From Streblomastix strix (taxonomy: Eukaryota), in NCBI GenBank assembly GCA_008636045.1, contig SNRW01000064.1:1-32825 (forward strand): a stretch of 32,825 nt of DNA, in the 5' to 3' direction. The translations under genes were made by a program, and so were the position numbers. Below, in pieces: positions 1 to 15,000 of the stretch. The notes beneath the pieces are model-generated. The model did not search any database. It was given only the letters and a program-made list of their open reading frames with translations, and was not told where the DNA came from. Position 1 is the first letter of the stretch; each line of letters begins with the position of its first letter.

Positions 1-3000
1 GATAGAATTTAATCCTTTTTCTGCACTTTCCAATATTGGTATGACACGATTCATCTCTTTTTCTATTATAGATCTTTCTTTTATAATTTTTTAATGCATT
101 CTTTTCACTTTTCCTTCTTACTTTCTTATTGCAATCATCCATTAACCTGCTTTATCCATCAAATTGCGAACATTTGGAACAAGAATCGGAAAGATTTTAG
201 CACCACGCCCATGAAGTGATGATAAAATTTAGACTGCATCATTTCTTTCAACAAAAAGATTCTAAATTTCTGTAAGCTTTAATAATTGCATCTTTGTTGA
301 ATGATATTATTTTGTAAGTAATGCGATTCTCTGTTCGTGAATATCTGCAGCAGTGTGAACCATATTTGTAAGAAACACTGGTATCATATAACATCCTCGT
401 AGTGTTATATCATTAATTCGTCCATTATCCTTTGTCTCAAAATATGAATAGTGATCTCTTACGTAACAGTACATACTACTCATCACCATAATCATCAAAT
501 CTTTTTCTGTCTTCCTAATTTATCTTAGAATTTAAAGAACTGGTGTAAGCTCAAATTTGTTAATACATTAAAATTCTTTCTCTTGAATACAATCAACAAG
601 ATCTTATGGATTTGCACCATCAGCTCCTCGTTGTAGAATATACTATAGCCAAATCTACTACCTTTAATTAAATTGTTGTCCTTAATATTCCATTTGTATC
701 TAAAATTGCTATACTTCTTATAAACCTTAATTTTGTGAAGTCTAAGTTTCTTCCACTAATTATTAATTGCTTCCTTATTAATATGTCAAATGATCGCTGG
801 GTATTTTTTATTTTATTTGAGAAACATTCTGATGTTGAATACTTTAAGATTCTTTTATTTATCTTCCTTACTAAACAATATTTTTCTATTTATTGGGTGT
901 ATTAATAATATATACACCTTAATGAAATGGAATTTTATTTTCCCTACGTCTTTCTTAGCAGAGATAGCAATTGCATGTTGTCATTGGAGGTCGATTTTTG
1001 TTCTTTTCAAGTACAGGATTAGGCCTCAATGAAAGAATAGGTGAAACTTAACGTCTTGAAGAATAAGGAATTATTTATTATTGTTATGATTTTGAATTAT
1101 TTGATATAGTTTAATTGGTTTCAGTAATTGTTCTTTAATTTTTATTATCATTATCATTTTTACTTTATTTAATATTAATTAATTATTTCTCATCTTTCTT
1201 TTATTTTTTCTCTTCATTTGCTTTCTCATTTCTAATAAAATCTTCAGCAGAATCTGGAATATTGTTTTCAACAGGAATTGAATTACTTGATGGGGATATG
1301 GGTTATTAAATATTTTATTTATTTAAGTTTAATTTTATTTATTATTAATTCTATTACTGCTATATTTCTATTAATGGTTCACTTTCTTATTATTATTTCA
1401 ATTTCATATCTTGCTATTAATATTTAGATGAGTTTTGATAGAATTGAAGCAATTATATTCTTGGATAGAAAGGAACAGGGAATGGAGTTAATCTGAGTAA
1501 TGGAGGAGGATGGGGTGTTGGATCAGGGGATATTAATATTGCTGATATTGGATTCTAATCTGTAAATAAATTGGATTGAGGTTAAATTGTGGTTTATTCT
1601 TCACTTGTACTCTAAGATAAAATAGGAATAACTGATGAAGAATTAATCATTTATTGTTTTGATGATGATAGCTAGGTTGAAAATATCTCATTATTTGTTA
1701 TATTATGATCTTATGAAGATTTATTTTCATCATTTAAATTAGATTAAACTTATTTTTTATTTTTTACTTCTATAACAGGTTGAAGAATAACAGCTTCATG
1801 CTTTTTAAATGAATGAAATTATTTATGCTTCTTTTCTTATTTTGAATTTTAAATATCTTCTTCTTCAAAATCATTATCATTATCTTTAACATCAAGAATT
1901 AAATTTTTAAAAACGGTTTTAAATTCAAGTTTCTTCGTCTTTTGTTCTTCCTTCTCTTTTTATTGTTTTTTCATATATTCTTACAATGCAGTGTATGCTG
2001 GATGAATGATCATATGCCCAGTAACTTTACGAAGAAGACGAGTTTGAATCATTTAATTATTCAGATCATCAATCAAAATATCAATTTTATTTTCATTTAT
2101 CTCTTCTTTCTTATTTTAATTTTTCTTCTTCTCCTCAACAATTTTTTGTGTCATTTGATCCTAAGTAGTTCCAATCTGTCCAATTCCTGATAAAAGATGT
2201 GCTTTGTACTCAGAAGAGCTGGTAAATCCTCCTTCTTGCAATGTAAGTTGTGATTCATAGGTTTCTTTATCTGGATTTGACATTTGATATATAATATCTG
2301 AATCTAAAAGTTGACCAGGAAGAATATGGTTTATCACGGTGTTATAATAATGATCTGGAGGATAGGAAACAAATGATTCAAATAAGAAGTCCTTTGAAAT
2401 CCAATCAAAGAATGAATATCCACTATAATCTGTAGAAAAAATAGTACTGTCAAATACTATGTTATAATATTTCTAGTCCCATTCATTAATAGGTTATTAA
2501 ATATTACCTTTATTAACGGCTTCATTCTGTTTATTTTTTTATATTTCAAATAAACTTTATGGAATATGTACAGGAATCTGTGGAAATAATTTTAATAACG
2601 CATTTATTGGTGTGAAGACGAAAGGCATTTTTGTTTAAATTGAAGAGCGTTAAGTGATAGTATTTTTACCAAGTTAAGAACTGGAATATTTTGTTATCTT
2701 TGTTTAATATGTTGACATAGTAAGTATGGATTCTTCATAATTCTTATCTATATGTGCATTTGCAATATATTTTTAGGCGTTCTTACTGCTTTTTGTGGAA
2801 TCTGATACTAATGATATCATTGATTCAGTATTCCTTTATGAATCACCAGATAAATTATGTTATAAGTGAAATCTGGATTAATATGGTTGATAATGTACAA
2901 TATTATCTGTTAAAGAAGCGGATTTAATGAATTGTCTTATTAATTCTTTCCTTTTATTCAATGTATTATTGGCGTATGTGTGGAGGGCTTCTTCTGAATC

Positions 3001-6000
3001 AATTATATTTCCAGACATTTTCCCACTTGTAGCAGCACGTGATCCATCATTTGTTATGCGTTCAACTACAAATAAGAATCTGATATTACGGCGAATCTAA
3101 TCATGCAAGAATTGATGTGAATTAGAACGAGTTAGTCTTCTCTACCTCGATTCCATCAATAACGCATTAATTTCCCTTTCAGAGAAGAGATAAACTATTG
3201 AGCTGTTTGAATAAACAAGAGAAAAAAGAATGCTACTCAAAGTAAATGGAGATAATGCATCAGATCCAGCTATAGTTGTATTATCTATAGAAAGTGACTT
3301 ATGGAACCTGTGATCTTTTAGTGATTGTGCAAACGAATGTCCTTTTTTACTTCGTGTTCCAATTTAATTTGGTTTTGATTGATTATCATGACCTTGACGC
3401 ATAGGGATATTTAAAGGTGATCCAAAAGTATATCCAATATCTCCAAAGGATGTCATCATTGTAGGATCCACAATAGCTGTTACATCAGTGAATACAAGAG
3501 ATATACATATTTTCTCTCCGATTATAGCTGAAGTCAATGCATATCGAAGAGGACGAATAAATTAAGAGAATGAATGAGAAACAGTCAGATTAACATGCTT
3601 CATTCCTCCAAGTATGGATATTGATTCCAAATATGTCATATTGAAAAAATGTGGATATGAAATTATACACATGTGTCTTCGCTTCAACAACTCAGCAACT
3701 CTCATCAATTTTCTTTTCAAAATACCGAAGAATCCTCCAGGAAATTGATAATAGTGTTTTGTGTTGAAAATTGGAAGATTAACATCAGTATCAATATCAT
3801 CTGAAATGTTTTCTTTTAACTAATACAATACACTCTTCTCTTATGATCTTTCTTTGTTTGCTTATTAAATCACTATTTGTTGTTAATTTGTTTAATCGAA
3901 TGTATTTAATGAAGAATCTTCATTATCCATCATACTAAGTACTTCTTCTGATTAATTCAGTGGAAGATTCATGAGAAATAATTCAATATCTGCTCCTGTT
4001 ACCTATCTCTTAATCAATAACTAAGCTGCAAGAAATGAAAGAAAAGCATCAAAACTCACTAATTCCAATCGTGTAAGTCTGTCTGACATTGTTTCACGAA
4101 TTGAACTCCACCAAAGCATTACAGCACTTACAGGATTGTAAATAGATGTATCCATATCAGCATTATTCATTTCTTCTAGATCTGAGAGTTGTTCGTTAAT
4201 ACTTAAATTATTATCCATCTAAATATATTATTTTTTTGTCCTATTCTGTTTATCTATTTGTTTTGCTATATTTCTTTAATTAATGCATTTTTGATTAAGA
4301 GCAATAAGTTGAGTTTAAAAATTTGCGCATATTTTAATAATTGAAATGCAACAATGTCGAAGAGTTAATGGAAAAACAAGAAGAGATGGGAAAAGAGCCA
4401 TAAATTTCTTTTTTATATTCATAGAATGTTCAGATTATCTGGGAACAAAAGATAAAGCAGTATATAATGCTAGCGTCATTCCAGGAATACGTTCAAGAAT
4501 ATCCCTAATTGTAATTCTTTATTTATGTTTTGCTAACTATTCTTAAAGTAAAATCATTTATTCTTAAAATATTTAATTGTTATGAGTGATTTTATTGGTT
4601 GTTATTTCAGCTTATTAATTTGGATCTGAAATGTTATCTTGACCCATTTTAGTTAAATCGATCACATTCTTATATTATGAAGGGAAAATATCAGATCTTT
4701 CATTATTCTATTTAATTTTTTGAATAGAATGTAAATTTTCGAGTGAACCCAATTATTGTTTTGGTAATGTACTCTGCCTTCGAATTGAGTTTGTTAAGTA
4801 ATTATTTTGAACAAATTTATCAGTAATCGGTTATATATCTATTTTTCCTGGTAATCCTTAGTTTATTAACTTATTTTATTCAATTTCATATATTATTTCT
4901 TCTTATTTCTCATGAAATTCAATTAAGATGAATAAATCTTTGGTTAATAATTTTAATAAATTTTCCAACTCTTCCAATTTTTCTAGTATTGTTTTCTCTC
5001 GAATAGCAATTCTAGCAAAATGTCGAATAAATCGAAGTGGAAGTGATTCGGTGAAATTAGAGTGAATATGAACATAATAATTGATTCCTGACCTTTTGTA
5101 TAATAATTTTGGTGGATTTCCAATTGATATAATTTTACTTGTTTCAACAGATGTTCTGATTAATTCTAATGCTTATAGAGGAATTGGAGGAAAAAGATCA
5201 AAACAAACATTTCCTGATATTACATGTCCTTCAGTGTATTATTCATCATCCATATACAAACTTGATTGTTAATCAGATGATGATGATTCATTGTCATTCT
5301 TGTCTGAATCATCATTACTATCAGATAAAATGCTCTCCTTTTTATTTACTTTTTATACTTTTTAATCTTAATTTATTCTTCCTACAATTTATCTTCTTTA
5401 TTAATCTACCTAAGAATTATATTGATTTCTTTCTGGTGGTTTCAATTAAATATAAGTATTTGAAGAGTCTCTTTTTAATTATTGATCAATTGAAACATTA
5501 TTTTGAAATGATTGTTTGCCATTTGTGGTTGTAAATGTTTTTTTGTTTTCATTTTCTGATTCATCAGAATTATCACTTAAATTATAACTAAACACTGAGC
5601 CATTATCTAATTCAGATTCAATTGAAGATTCCAACGCACTTTACTATGACATTTGATCCCAATTTTTATTTTATTATGCAAAAGATTATTTCATATTTTG
5701 ACTTATTCTAAGATCATTACGTTATTTTTATTATGTACTTCTACGTAATTTATTAATTGCTTATACAGCATTTATTGATTTTTTTAAAGCTTTATCATTT
5801 TTTATCTGTTATTTATCTTCTTGTTATCCTTTTTTTAATTTCTTCTATTCATTAATTAAAACTATTTCTTACTATATTTTTTATTTATTAATATCTTTTT
5901 TTGACTTTTCATTTTCAATTTAATCTTATTCAAATAAATTTTCATCATTCATTCTCTTTGAATCTGTCCTTAAGGAGGAGTTTGCTCTATTGATAAGACG

Positions 6001-9000
6001 CCAGATGGTTATTGGCTATGTGCGTGAAAATATTGGACAATTTATTGTAAGTCTGTGAATATTCTTCGCTTCAGTTTTCAATGTTGCAGTGAATGGAGTT
6101 GCAGGAATATTTCGAACGAGTATTTATTTTGTTAGGAATTTGTGATATATAGTAATGCAAGGCCGGCTAACGCTTGCATAAAGAGCCATCACATGAAGTT
6201 CAGGAGCATAATAAATTAGATCAAGAAAAATCAAATTATCAACTATTGAAAGATCATCAATTGTTTTATGTTGATAGCTTTCTCTCTATTGTATATTTAA
6301 TGACAATTAATCAAAAATGCTCTTTTTCTGATAATCTTTTTAATTATGATGTTTATTATCTTTTAAATTTCCCCATAAATTTCTAAGGATTTTTTAATCT
6401 ACTGATGTTGTAAATAATTCTTCCATCTCAGAGTATTTTGTACCTTTAACTTGGCTGACCAGTTGAGGGTTATTTCGCACATATTTTTATGCATTTTCCC
6501 ATTCACCTGTTTGTAAGTTAATAAAATAATCAAAAAGTGTTGGAACACTTATTCCTTCTACTGACAAATCAAGACATGTTTTCATTTGATGAATATCAAC
6601 CATAGCTTGAGTGTATTTTATCCCAATATAGCTTGATACTGTTTCTTCGTTGAAAGTATTATAAAGATCTTTAGACATTATTTTTTTCCTTCGTTCTTCT
6701 AAATTTTTAGATATTTCATGTGGAATATCTTTTGATTAAGTACAAATAAATTCAGAAAAATCATTCTTTATGTCTGGAATATCAAGTAAATATGCTCCAA
6801 CTCCCCAAAGAACCGAATAAAGTATAACTCTATTTAATATAACATTAGAAGCAGACTCTTCATCCATTTGACTGGTTCTTTTTTCATTATCCCTTTAATC
6901 ATTAAGTTATTTTCTTACATTTATTTATTTATTTATTTATTCTTGATTTTCTTTTTCTATCTAATTTTCATTTGAATTTTTAATATATTTATCCGACCTT
7001 AAATCTTTTTATTCTCTTTAATCTGATGGAAAATTATCTTCTCTACCAGAATTTTCTGCAATCTTTGCCAAACGATGATCAATAGCTGAATTACTTTAAG
7101 TTCTCGATCTTTTATTATTCAATGTTTATATATTGCTTAATGTATTTTATTAATATCCTTTTTTATTATCAATGTTACCTTCATCCATTTCATTACTAAT
7201 TCTTTCTTTCATTGCTAATAAATGTCTTCTCACATCAGTAATTGAAAGGACAATCATAGGAAGGAGATAAGTCATTTGTGCACAATAAAGACCAGATACA
7301 TTCTCAATAAATGAATGAGAAACTGGATTAAAATTAGTTGAATCTGTTTAATTTGCATTTAATAATGTCGAATGAGTTGTTCTAATAGTTTCTTATCTCC
7401 TTTTTTATTACGATAGAAAATTTTCTTTCTTTTTATCATTTAAAAATTGATCGTGTTCAGTTTCTTCAAAATCTTTTTTGCTGAATCTTCCAAAGTTAAA
7501 TATCTGCTCCATTGCATTATTTGAATTAAATCTCGTTCGCAACCATTCTTTTGCTTAAAGAATCAATAGTGTAACAACACCAGTAGCTCTTACAATACTT
7601 CTATATATACTCCCAAGAATGTTACTATGTTCAAGGATGTCTCCAAGTGCTGGGCGGTTTTAAATGAAGTGAGTAGTTATTACCTTAAACATTGCATTGA
7701 AAAGCTCAGTTCCATAATATCCTGTTGGTTGCAACTCTCGTATAGAAAAAGATCTCATGTCTAAAGAAATAAGAGGGGCAGGTAACGTAATTGTTCTAAC
7801 ACATTGAACAAGTTCATCTGGAAGAAAATCTAATGATTCGGTTTCAATCATAATTCGCACATTTGAAGGAATATATACACGTTAGAAGTTTGGAAGAACT
7901 AGGGCCCTAAAAAGTTATTGAATAAAATTAAGTTATTTTAATAATTCATCTTCTTTTTCCTAATCAAGTCTTGCTTTTTTCTCAATCATATCTCCATTCA
8001 ATCCAAGTAAATTTTCTTCGCCAATGCCAAATCCTTATATTTTATCATTAATAAAGTCTTATATATTCTTGATCATATCATTCTATAAATTAGCGAAATA
8101 TAATTTATTTTGTATTTATGCAGTATTATTCTAAGCAGTTGCTTATAGAAAATCTAATTTTGCATCTTCATATTCCATATCTTGTTCTCCAATTTTCATT
8201 GATTAATGAATGTTTCCAAGATCATTTAAATCAATTCTTCTCTCAAAAATTGAGTTACTTCTTTCATTTTATTCATCCTCTTCTAACGCTTCAAGAGTTC
8301 CTGAAGGAATCTATTGATTCTTATTATCTGTAATTTCTATTTAATTGGCTGCTTATTATAATAAACCTTATTTTCCTTCCAAATTGTTTATATTATTACT
8401 TTATTAATAATCAATATTTTCTCCATCTCTTAACAATTATGGAGGAGGTTCACAACCCAAAATGGATGATATTACATTTTCTAAAATAAAAGATGATTAA
8501 TGATCCGAATTTTCTTTCAATTATTCTCTAATTAAATATTCATGTACAACTGCACTTTATATTCGAGAAAGTGGATGAAGCATCTGACCAAGTCTAAATA
8601 AAACAAATAATAAGTAAAATATAAGTAAAAATAAAAGATTAATTTAATTTGATATATATTTTTTTAGACCTATTTCCCCACATTGATGTTGCAGATGAAC
8701 TATTTTCAGATTATTGTAATCCTTCTCTGTGTATAGCATCAGATTGTATATCATGGCAAAGTTCTGATATTCTGACTGGTTGAGGTGAAATGGATGCAGA
8801 AAAATCAAATATGATAAATATTTCTTCGTTTGCTGAGTGAAATTGTGAATTTTAAGAAGTTTGAGATATAGAACTAGAATCTGTATTTGTGTTTAATCCA
8901 CTTTATTTCTTAAATGCTTGTCTATTATTATCTCGAATTGAAAATTACACCCCTCCGATTTTTTATTTTGGTAAAGTTGGAGATTTTTATTCTTATGTTT

Positions 9001-12000
9001 TGTCATCTGTACTTTCACTTTCACTATTCATATCTGCAACATCCAATTAAACTCCACCAAATCTGATTAAATGCTTTTTAAGATCTTATTTTTTATTGTA
9101 TTAATTTATTTAGTCTTTTTATGATCTAAATTATTTGAAACGATACTTTTTACCTATAAGACCGATTTATGTTCTAGGACTTCTAACTGAGCTTCTTCCT
9201 TATTTCACATTATTTCTTATAGAAATATTCATATAATCTTCTTTTTAACCAAGTTTGATATTTTAATTTTATTAAAACACTTCATTTAGTATATCTGGAA
9301 GCAATCCTTGATTCCAAGTATTACTTTAAATAAGTTTGTCCTAAAGTTGATCAGCAAGAGCTCCAGTAATATATGATCTTGATGAGTTAAAAGAACCAAG
9401 TAATTATGCTAAAGTTAGCGAAGCTGGGTTAATGTGAATGACACGAGTTGGAATACCTGCAAGATTCTGTGCTCTGGCAAGCATATTTATTAGCGTAGAT
9501 TTACCAGATCCTACTGGTCCTACAACAGCAACTGGTGCAATTTGTGGCAAATATCCACTTGCGAGTGGGCTAGTATTAACAACACATGTTAACATCTTAT
9601 GCAATTATAAAGTTTTTGAGATCATATTATTGCATTGTCTTACGAGAGAGGATTCTCCTTATGAAAAGAATAATGTGAGATCTTGAAGTGGAATTTAATC
9701 TGATGTTAAAGGAGTAAATGGATTTAACGTAACTGATGCATTATAAGGGTTGGATTCAAATTGAGTTGAATTTGTAGAATGAGGTTAATAATATGTATTA
9801 AATAAGTTGGATTAATTTGAGCCTCCTGATATCTAAGAATATTAATTATTTGAAGTTTATAATTAATCAGAAAATGAATTAGATAAAATTTAATCTTTAG
9901 TCTAGAAATCAGTTTTATTCTCAGAGAAATCATTTGTGTCTAAATTCATAAATTGTTTAAATTGAATTGGTTCTTTATCTTAATATGAATAGTACGGTAA
10001 ACCACCTCCATTATAGATAGCATGCGCATTGCGAATAGTTAAATCTGAAGCATTTAAGAATAAAGATGAAACAGTATTATAACTGTTTTCTGTTATGGAT
10101 GAATTAATATTGGATTCGGAGCCTCCTTAAGATCTACTCGCCATTATATTCATGCTATTTGAATCAAGTGATGAACTTTAATCTTCTTTTATTGTATGAA
10201 TATTATCAATAATTGATGCATTTCCAAAATTATTAATGCTTTGATTAGCAGAATTATATTCTTAGGATTGAGAATTTAAAAATTCAGAAAAACGAGAATT
10301 GTCACTTGTGCTTAATAATGATCTAGTAAAAGTTGAGTGTGAAGTTGAGAATCTATTAATTTTATCATGATTTCCCGCACGTTAAACCATTTTAATAAAG
10401 ATATAATCATTCGGAAGTAACTGATTGTTCGAACCAATAAATGTTTGAAAAAAGCGATTGAAGCGAATCGTTCCGACTGGAACCAGTGGGTTTACTAATG
10501 GAGCTGTTACAGAAGCTGTTTCATCAAACTAACCTGGAAGAGTTAATCCTGCAACACGAACTGGAGAAAAGGGAGGTACAGTCAGAGTTGAAACAGCAAT
10601 GTGCGCAATGCAAGAACTTAAAAGATTGAAATATTCGCTTTCTCTCGATTTAATGACGCCCCATTCTTTCTTTTCAGTTGGTAATGCAATATATTCATGC
10701 AATCCAACTGAAATATTTTGATCAGACTATGTTTCATAACTATCTACAATAACATGACAATTTTCAGGAAAGATGCTACAGAATAATTGATCAAAGAAAT
10801 ATATATCAAGTTCACGAAGCATTGCACGTGTTGATTGATAAAGAAACAATCCAACCGCTGTTAATTCCATCAGAAATCGAAGTCTTTCTCGTTGCATTGC
10901 GCTCACAAAATGAGGAATATCTTATTCACTAATGAGAGATGTTAATTGGTTATATTCTACTGATGATTCATCATAGGCTTTTTATGCATGCATTTTGGCT
11001 AATTCAATTAAATTCATTTCCCTATTAATAGAATATCCAATATCCAGTTTATTTTCAAATTCTTATTGATTCTCTTTCTTTTTAGTCACAGATCCTTTTA
11101 AAACTTCAGCAATATTTTAAGTTCCTTCAAATACATAAGCAAGGATTGGACGTTGAATCAAATCTTTTTGTAATGAATTAGTGATTGCAGGTCGAAAATA
11201 CTGATCAACTGAATTCATAAGTAATTGTCCTGAATTTACGCCTAATGTATGAAGAATAGAAATCATTGATGTGCTACTCCAACGAGCCATTGATGAAAAT
11301 TATTTACAAAAATGAACTGCGCGTCTTGTGAGAGCTGATGCATACTGATAACCAGAGAGTAAGAGACCAGTGTACAGATCATTCTCCCAAGGTGGCATTT
11401 GCATAGCAATGTTTCTGAATCTTGATCGAAGATTTCCAGGAAGAGCTAAAAGATTAGTATTTATGTCACCGATTCCAAAGAAATGAAATCCTAATTAAAT
11501 TTAACAAGTAATATCTTCTGAAAGCTGACACTTATCAATTCCATCTCTCGCTGCAACAGCTAATTTGTTCAATAAACTTCCTAAATATTCCATTGATATG
11601 TGATTCATTCTAAAAATTCCTTCAATTACTCCCCACGCGCCTAATCCAGTAACTCCTTTCACAAATTGAAGGATTGTGAATGTAGGATGAGATTCTTCTG
11701 ATACACACATTGTTAGTAGGAGTTTACCACAAATAAATGCTAGTTCTTTTAGCTTCACTTCTGCTAAAAACTTTCTTTCTGTTTGTAAAAGAGTGAAACT
11801 GCCACAGTCAGCATTATTTTCCTGTCCAATAGAGCTCAACTTTCCAAGAAGAATATTCTATCTTTCTTTTGATTCATAATAACTTTCAATTTTATTTTCT
11901 TTGGATTTTGGAAGAGTTGAAGCAACATTCCAAATTATATCACGTTGAAAATTAAGTTATTGAAGATAAAATAATGTAGAATCAGATGCACTTTCATCAA

Positions 12001-15000
12001 TTAGGAAATCTGGTAAATCTGAATAATAAAATTATTCATATGACATTAATGATGACATTTGAAGTCCAATGTAATCAGATCCATATGGTATCGAGATTGC
12101 ACCAAAATGAACAGATATGATTGAGTCAGAATTGGATACAAGTGATTATGGTGCAAATTATTCAATTCCAATTTAGAGATCATTACTAATAGTTTGCATG
12201 TTATTATATGATAATTTTGAGTTTTATTTTTTCAATAATTAAGAGTTTTCATCGATATTTCTTTTTCTTTAAAGGGTTTTAGGTTCAACTGTATTAGAAA
12301 TATGTTAGTATGTATCAAAAAAGATTGAATCTGTGTTTGTATCAACAGAAAGTATATGTCCATACATATATTACATCATTTCAATAGTATATTAATTAAA
12401 TTAAATGGAAATGATTGGTACTGTTTAACTTAGTATGAAGAATATAAAGAAGCTTTTTCTGTTTGAATATAAAAGATCTACAATATGTAGAAGTGATATA
12501 TGGACAGCAAGAGCATGTTCAACTTTTAATCTTACAAGTGCATTAAGTCGAGTAGTTAGTATTCCTTATAATGTGAATATCATTGAATGAACAATCATTT
12601 TCAATTCATTAACTTGATTACGTGTGGATTGTGATAAATTATTTGAAGTAGATGGATTTTATTCAAATCTCCAATTTTATGAATTAATTTGAGAAGATGC
12701 AAAGTTATCTGAGCTTGAAGTGAATGGAATTGTTAGTTAAGTATTTTATTGAATATTTTAAGAGTTGGTGGTATTTAAAGCATTGGTAGAGTTAATTCTA
12801 AATAATTCATCATACACATTTTAAAATATATTATATATTTTGTTTGAAAGAAATGCAAGGAAAGCAAAATAGATAGACTATGCAGTGGATGAATTGATGA
12901 ATGATTTTATCCTGACTCTAGGAGTTCTCTTGAAATATGCACTAAATGTTGATGAATTGTAGATAAGGAGTATTTCATCCATAAGATTGTGATCATATGT
13001 AGATATCATCTGAGTGAATGCTTCTGCTTCATCTTGAACTGTTTTGTTATCAAATGTTTGATTTAAAGGTTAATACAATGAATTATAAGGTTAATTATTT
13101 TATTTAAAATTATTTGCCCCTTAGTTTGTAATAAGTAATTATCATAATGTTCCATATGGATTTGTTTAATTTTCAATATTTAAGCTCAAATGTCTCAGTT
13201 ATTCATGTCTAATTAATAATAATCTCTTATATACATTAGGTGCGACTCCTTTCATATGAACCATTCCCATAAGTTTTATTGCTGCTTCTGTACATAAATG
13301 TTAGATAGATTCGTGAAGTGAACTCTGAAGGGCAAGATAGAAAGAAGAAGGGTCTTATCCAGGTGTAAATGGAACAGCTGTTAGTAGTGGAACCTTTTCA
13401 CCTAAAAGACCAATACAATCAGTTATAAATATTGTATTCTGAGAATTATTGTTTGACCCTTCTTCATTATCATTTTTATCCTTTCTTTCATTCTTTCCAG
13501 AATATAAATCATATTTTCTAATGCTAACATTATCTATTTATTATCCTCAATATCTTACAACTTTATTCTTTTTATTTATATTGTAATTGTCTTCTGAAGA
13601 AGAAGAAGAAGATTGACTTTCTTTTTCAAATGGATTTACATTGGATTCAGATTAAAGTGATTATTTTCCTTCTTTACTATTTTTATTTCCTTTCTTTTTT
13701 GATGTAAATTCAGTATCAATATTTGAATTACCATCATCTCTATTTTCATTCTTACTTTTATTTTTTCTGCTACTTGTATTACCTTATGATTCTGAATTAG
13801 AACTTGTAGATTCAGATTAATCATCATCTTCATATGAATCACTTTCATCCTAATTACTATCATATTTCTTCAAGTTAGATCCAGTTTGATCTGATGTTTA
13901 TTATTTCCCTTCATCTCGTTTATCTTTTTCTTTCGCTTCTTATTTATTATGACTTTCATGTAATGATGAAACATTTGAGAGACTTGAATTACCTTACATA
14001 GAATGTGATGATATTACATCTCCAGATTTATCAGTTACATTTGAGTGTTCAGATTTTGGTTATTAACTTCTATTTAACTACAGACTCAATGATTATTCTT
14101 TCTTTGATGATTGACTAAGACTATTATCATTTTAGTATTATTACTCCTAATTTAGTTTATCTCTTTTTTTTGATTATTATTTTCCGTTTTTCTTTTCATC
14201 TTTTCTTTTCTTTTTCCTTTTTTATTTCTTTCTGTGTGTAAACTTCTTTTCATCTTCTTCTTATTCACTTGTATTATCAAAAGCTTAGAATGTATCATGT
14301 TTTTAAATACGTACTTTACTCAATTTATTATTAAAAGATTATCTTCTACTAAAAAGTTTTGAACCATTTTGTTTCTTCTTTTGAATATGTTTTCTTCCAA
14401 AGAAAAGTTGTTATTGTTATTGCTTCATTTATTGTTATTGCATTTGCGCTTTTAAGTATTTTTATGCATAATTAGTCTATCTGGATTATCTATATTGCTT
14501 TCCAACGCTTGAAATAATTTCGGGAATATATCCTTAATATCCAAGTTATTATAAAGGAATATGAAAATCATCAATGTTATCAAATATATTACTTAATGGA
14601 TCAATCTCTTAGAATTTCAGTCCAATCCATCCAATTGTTCTTTTTCCTCTTGAATCTTATATTGAAGAATTATTCGCACTATCTTCATTAGTTTAATCCT
14701 ACTATTCAATATTTTCACTTTCAATACTAAAACTTTGACGATCAATCTATGAATTTATCCGGCTAAAGTTATTAAACTGATTTCCTATTCCTTATTTCAC
14801 CGATTTCTGATCTTAATTAAATAATTATGGATATCTTATTTCTGGAGCAGAGTAGACCGATGAACATTAAGTAGGAGTTTCAGAGTAATTGAAATTTATA
14901 ACATTTGGAAACATCAAACGAAGTACTGGTAATAAATCTTCAATTTATCGTGTGTATGAAATTGCGTTGATAACTTATTCTTCAGTTAATGTGAATAATA

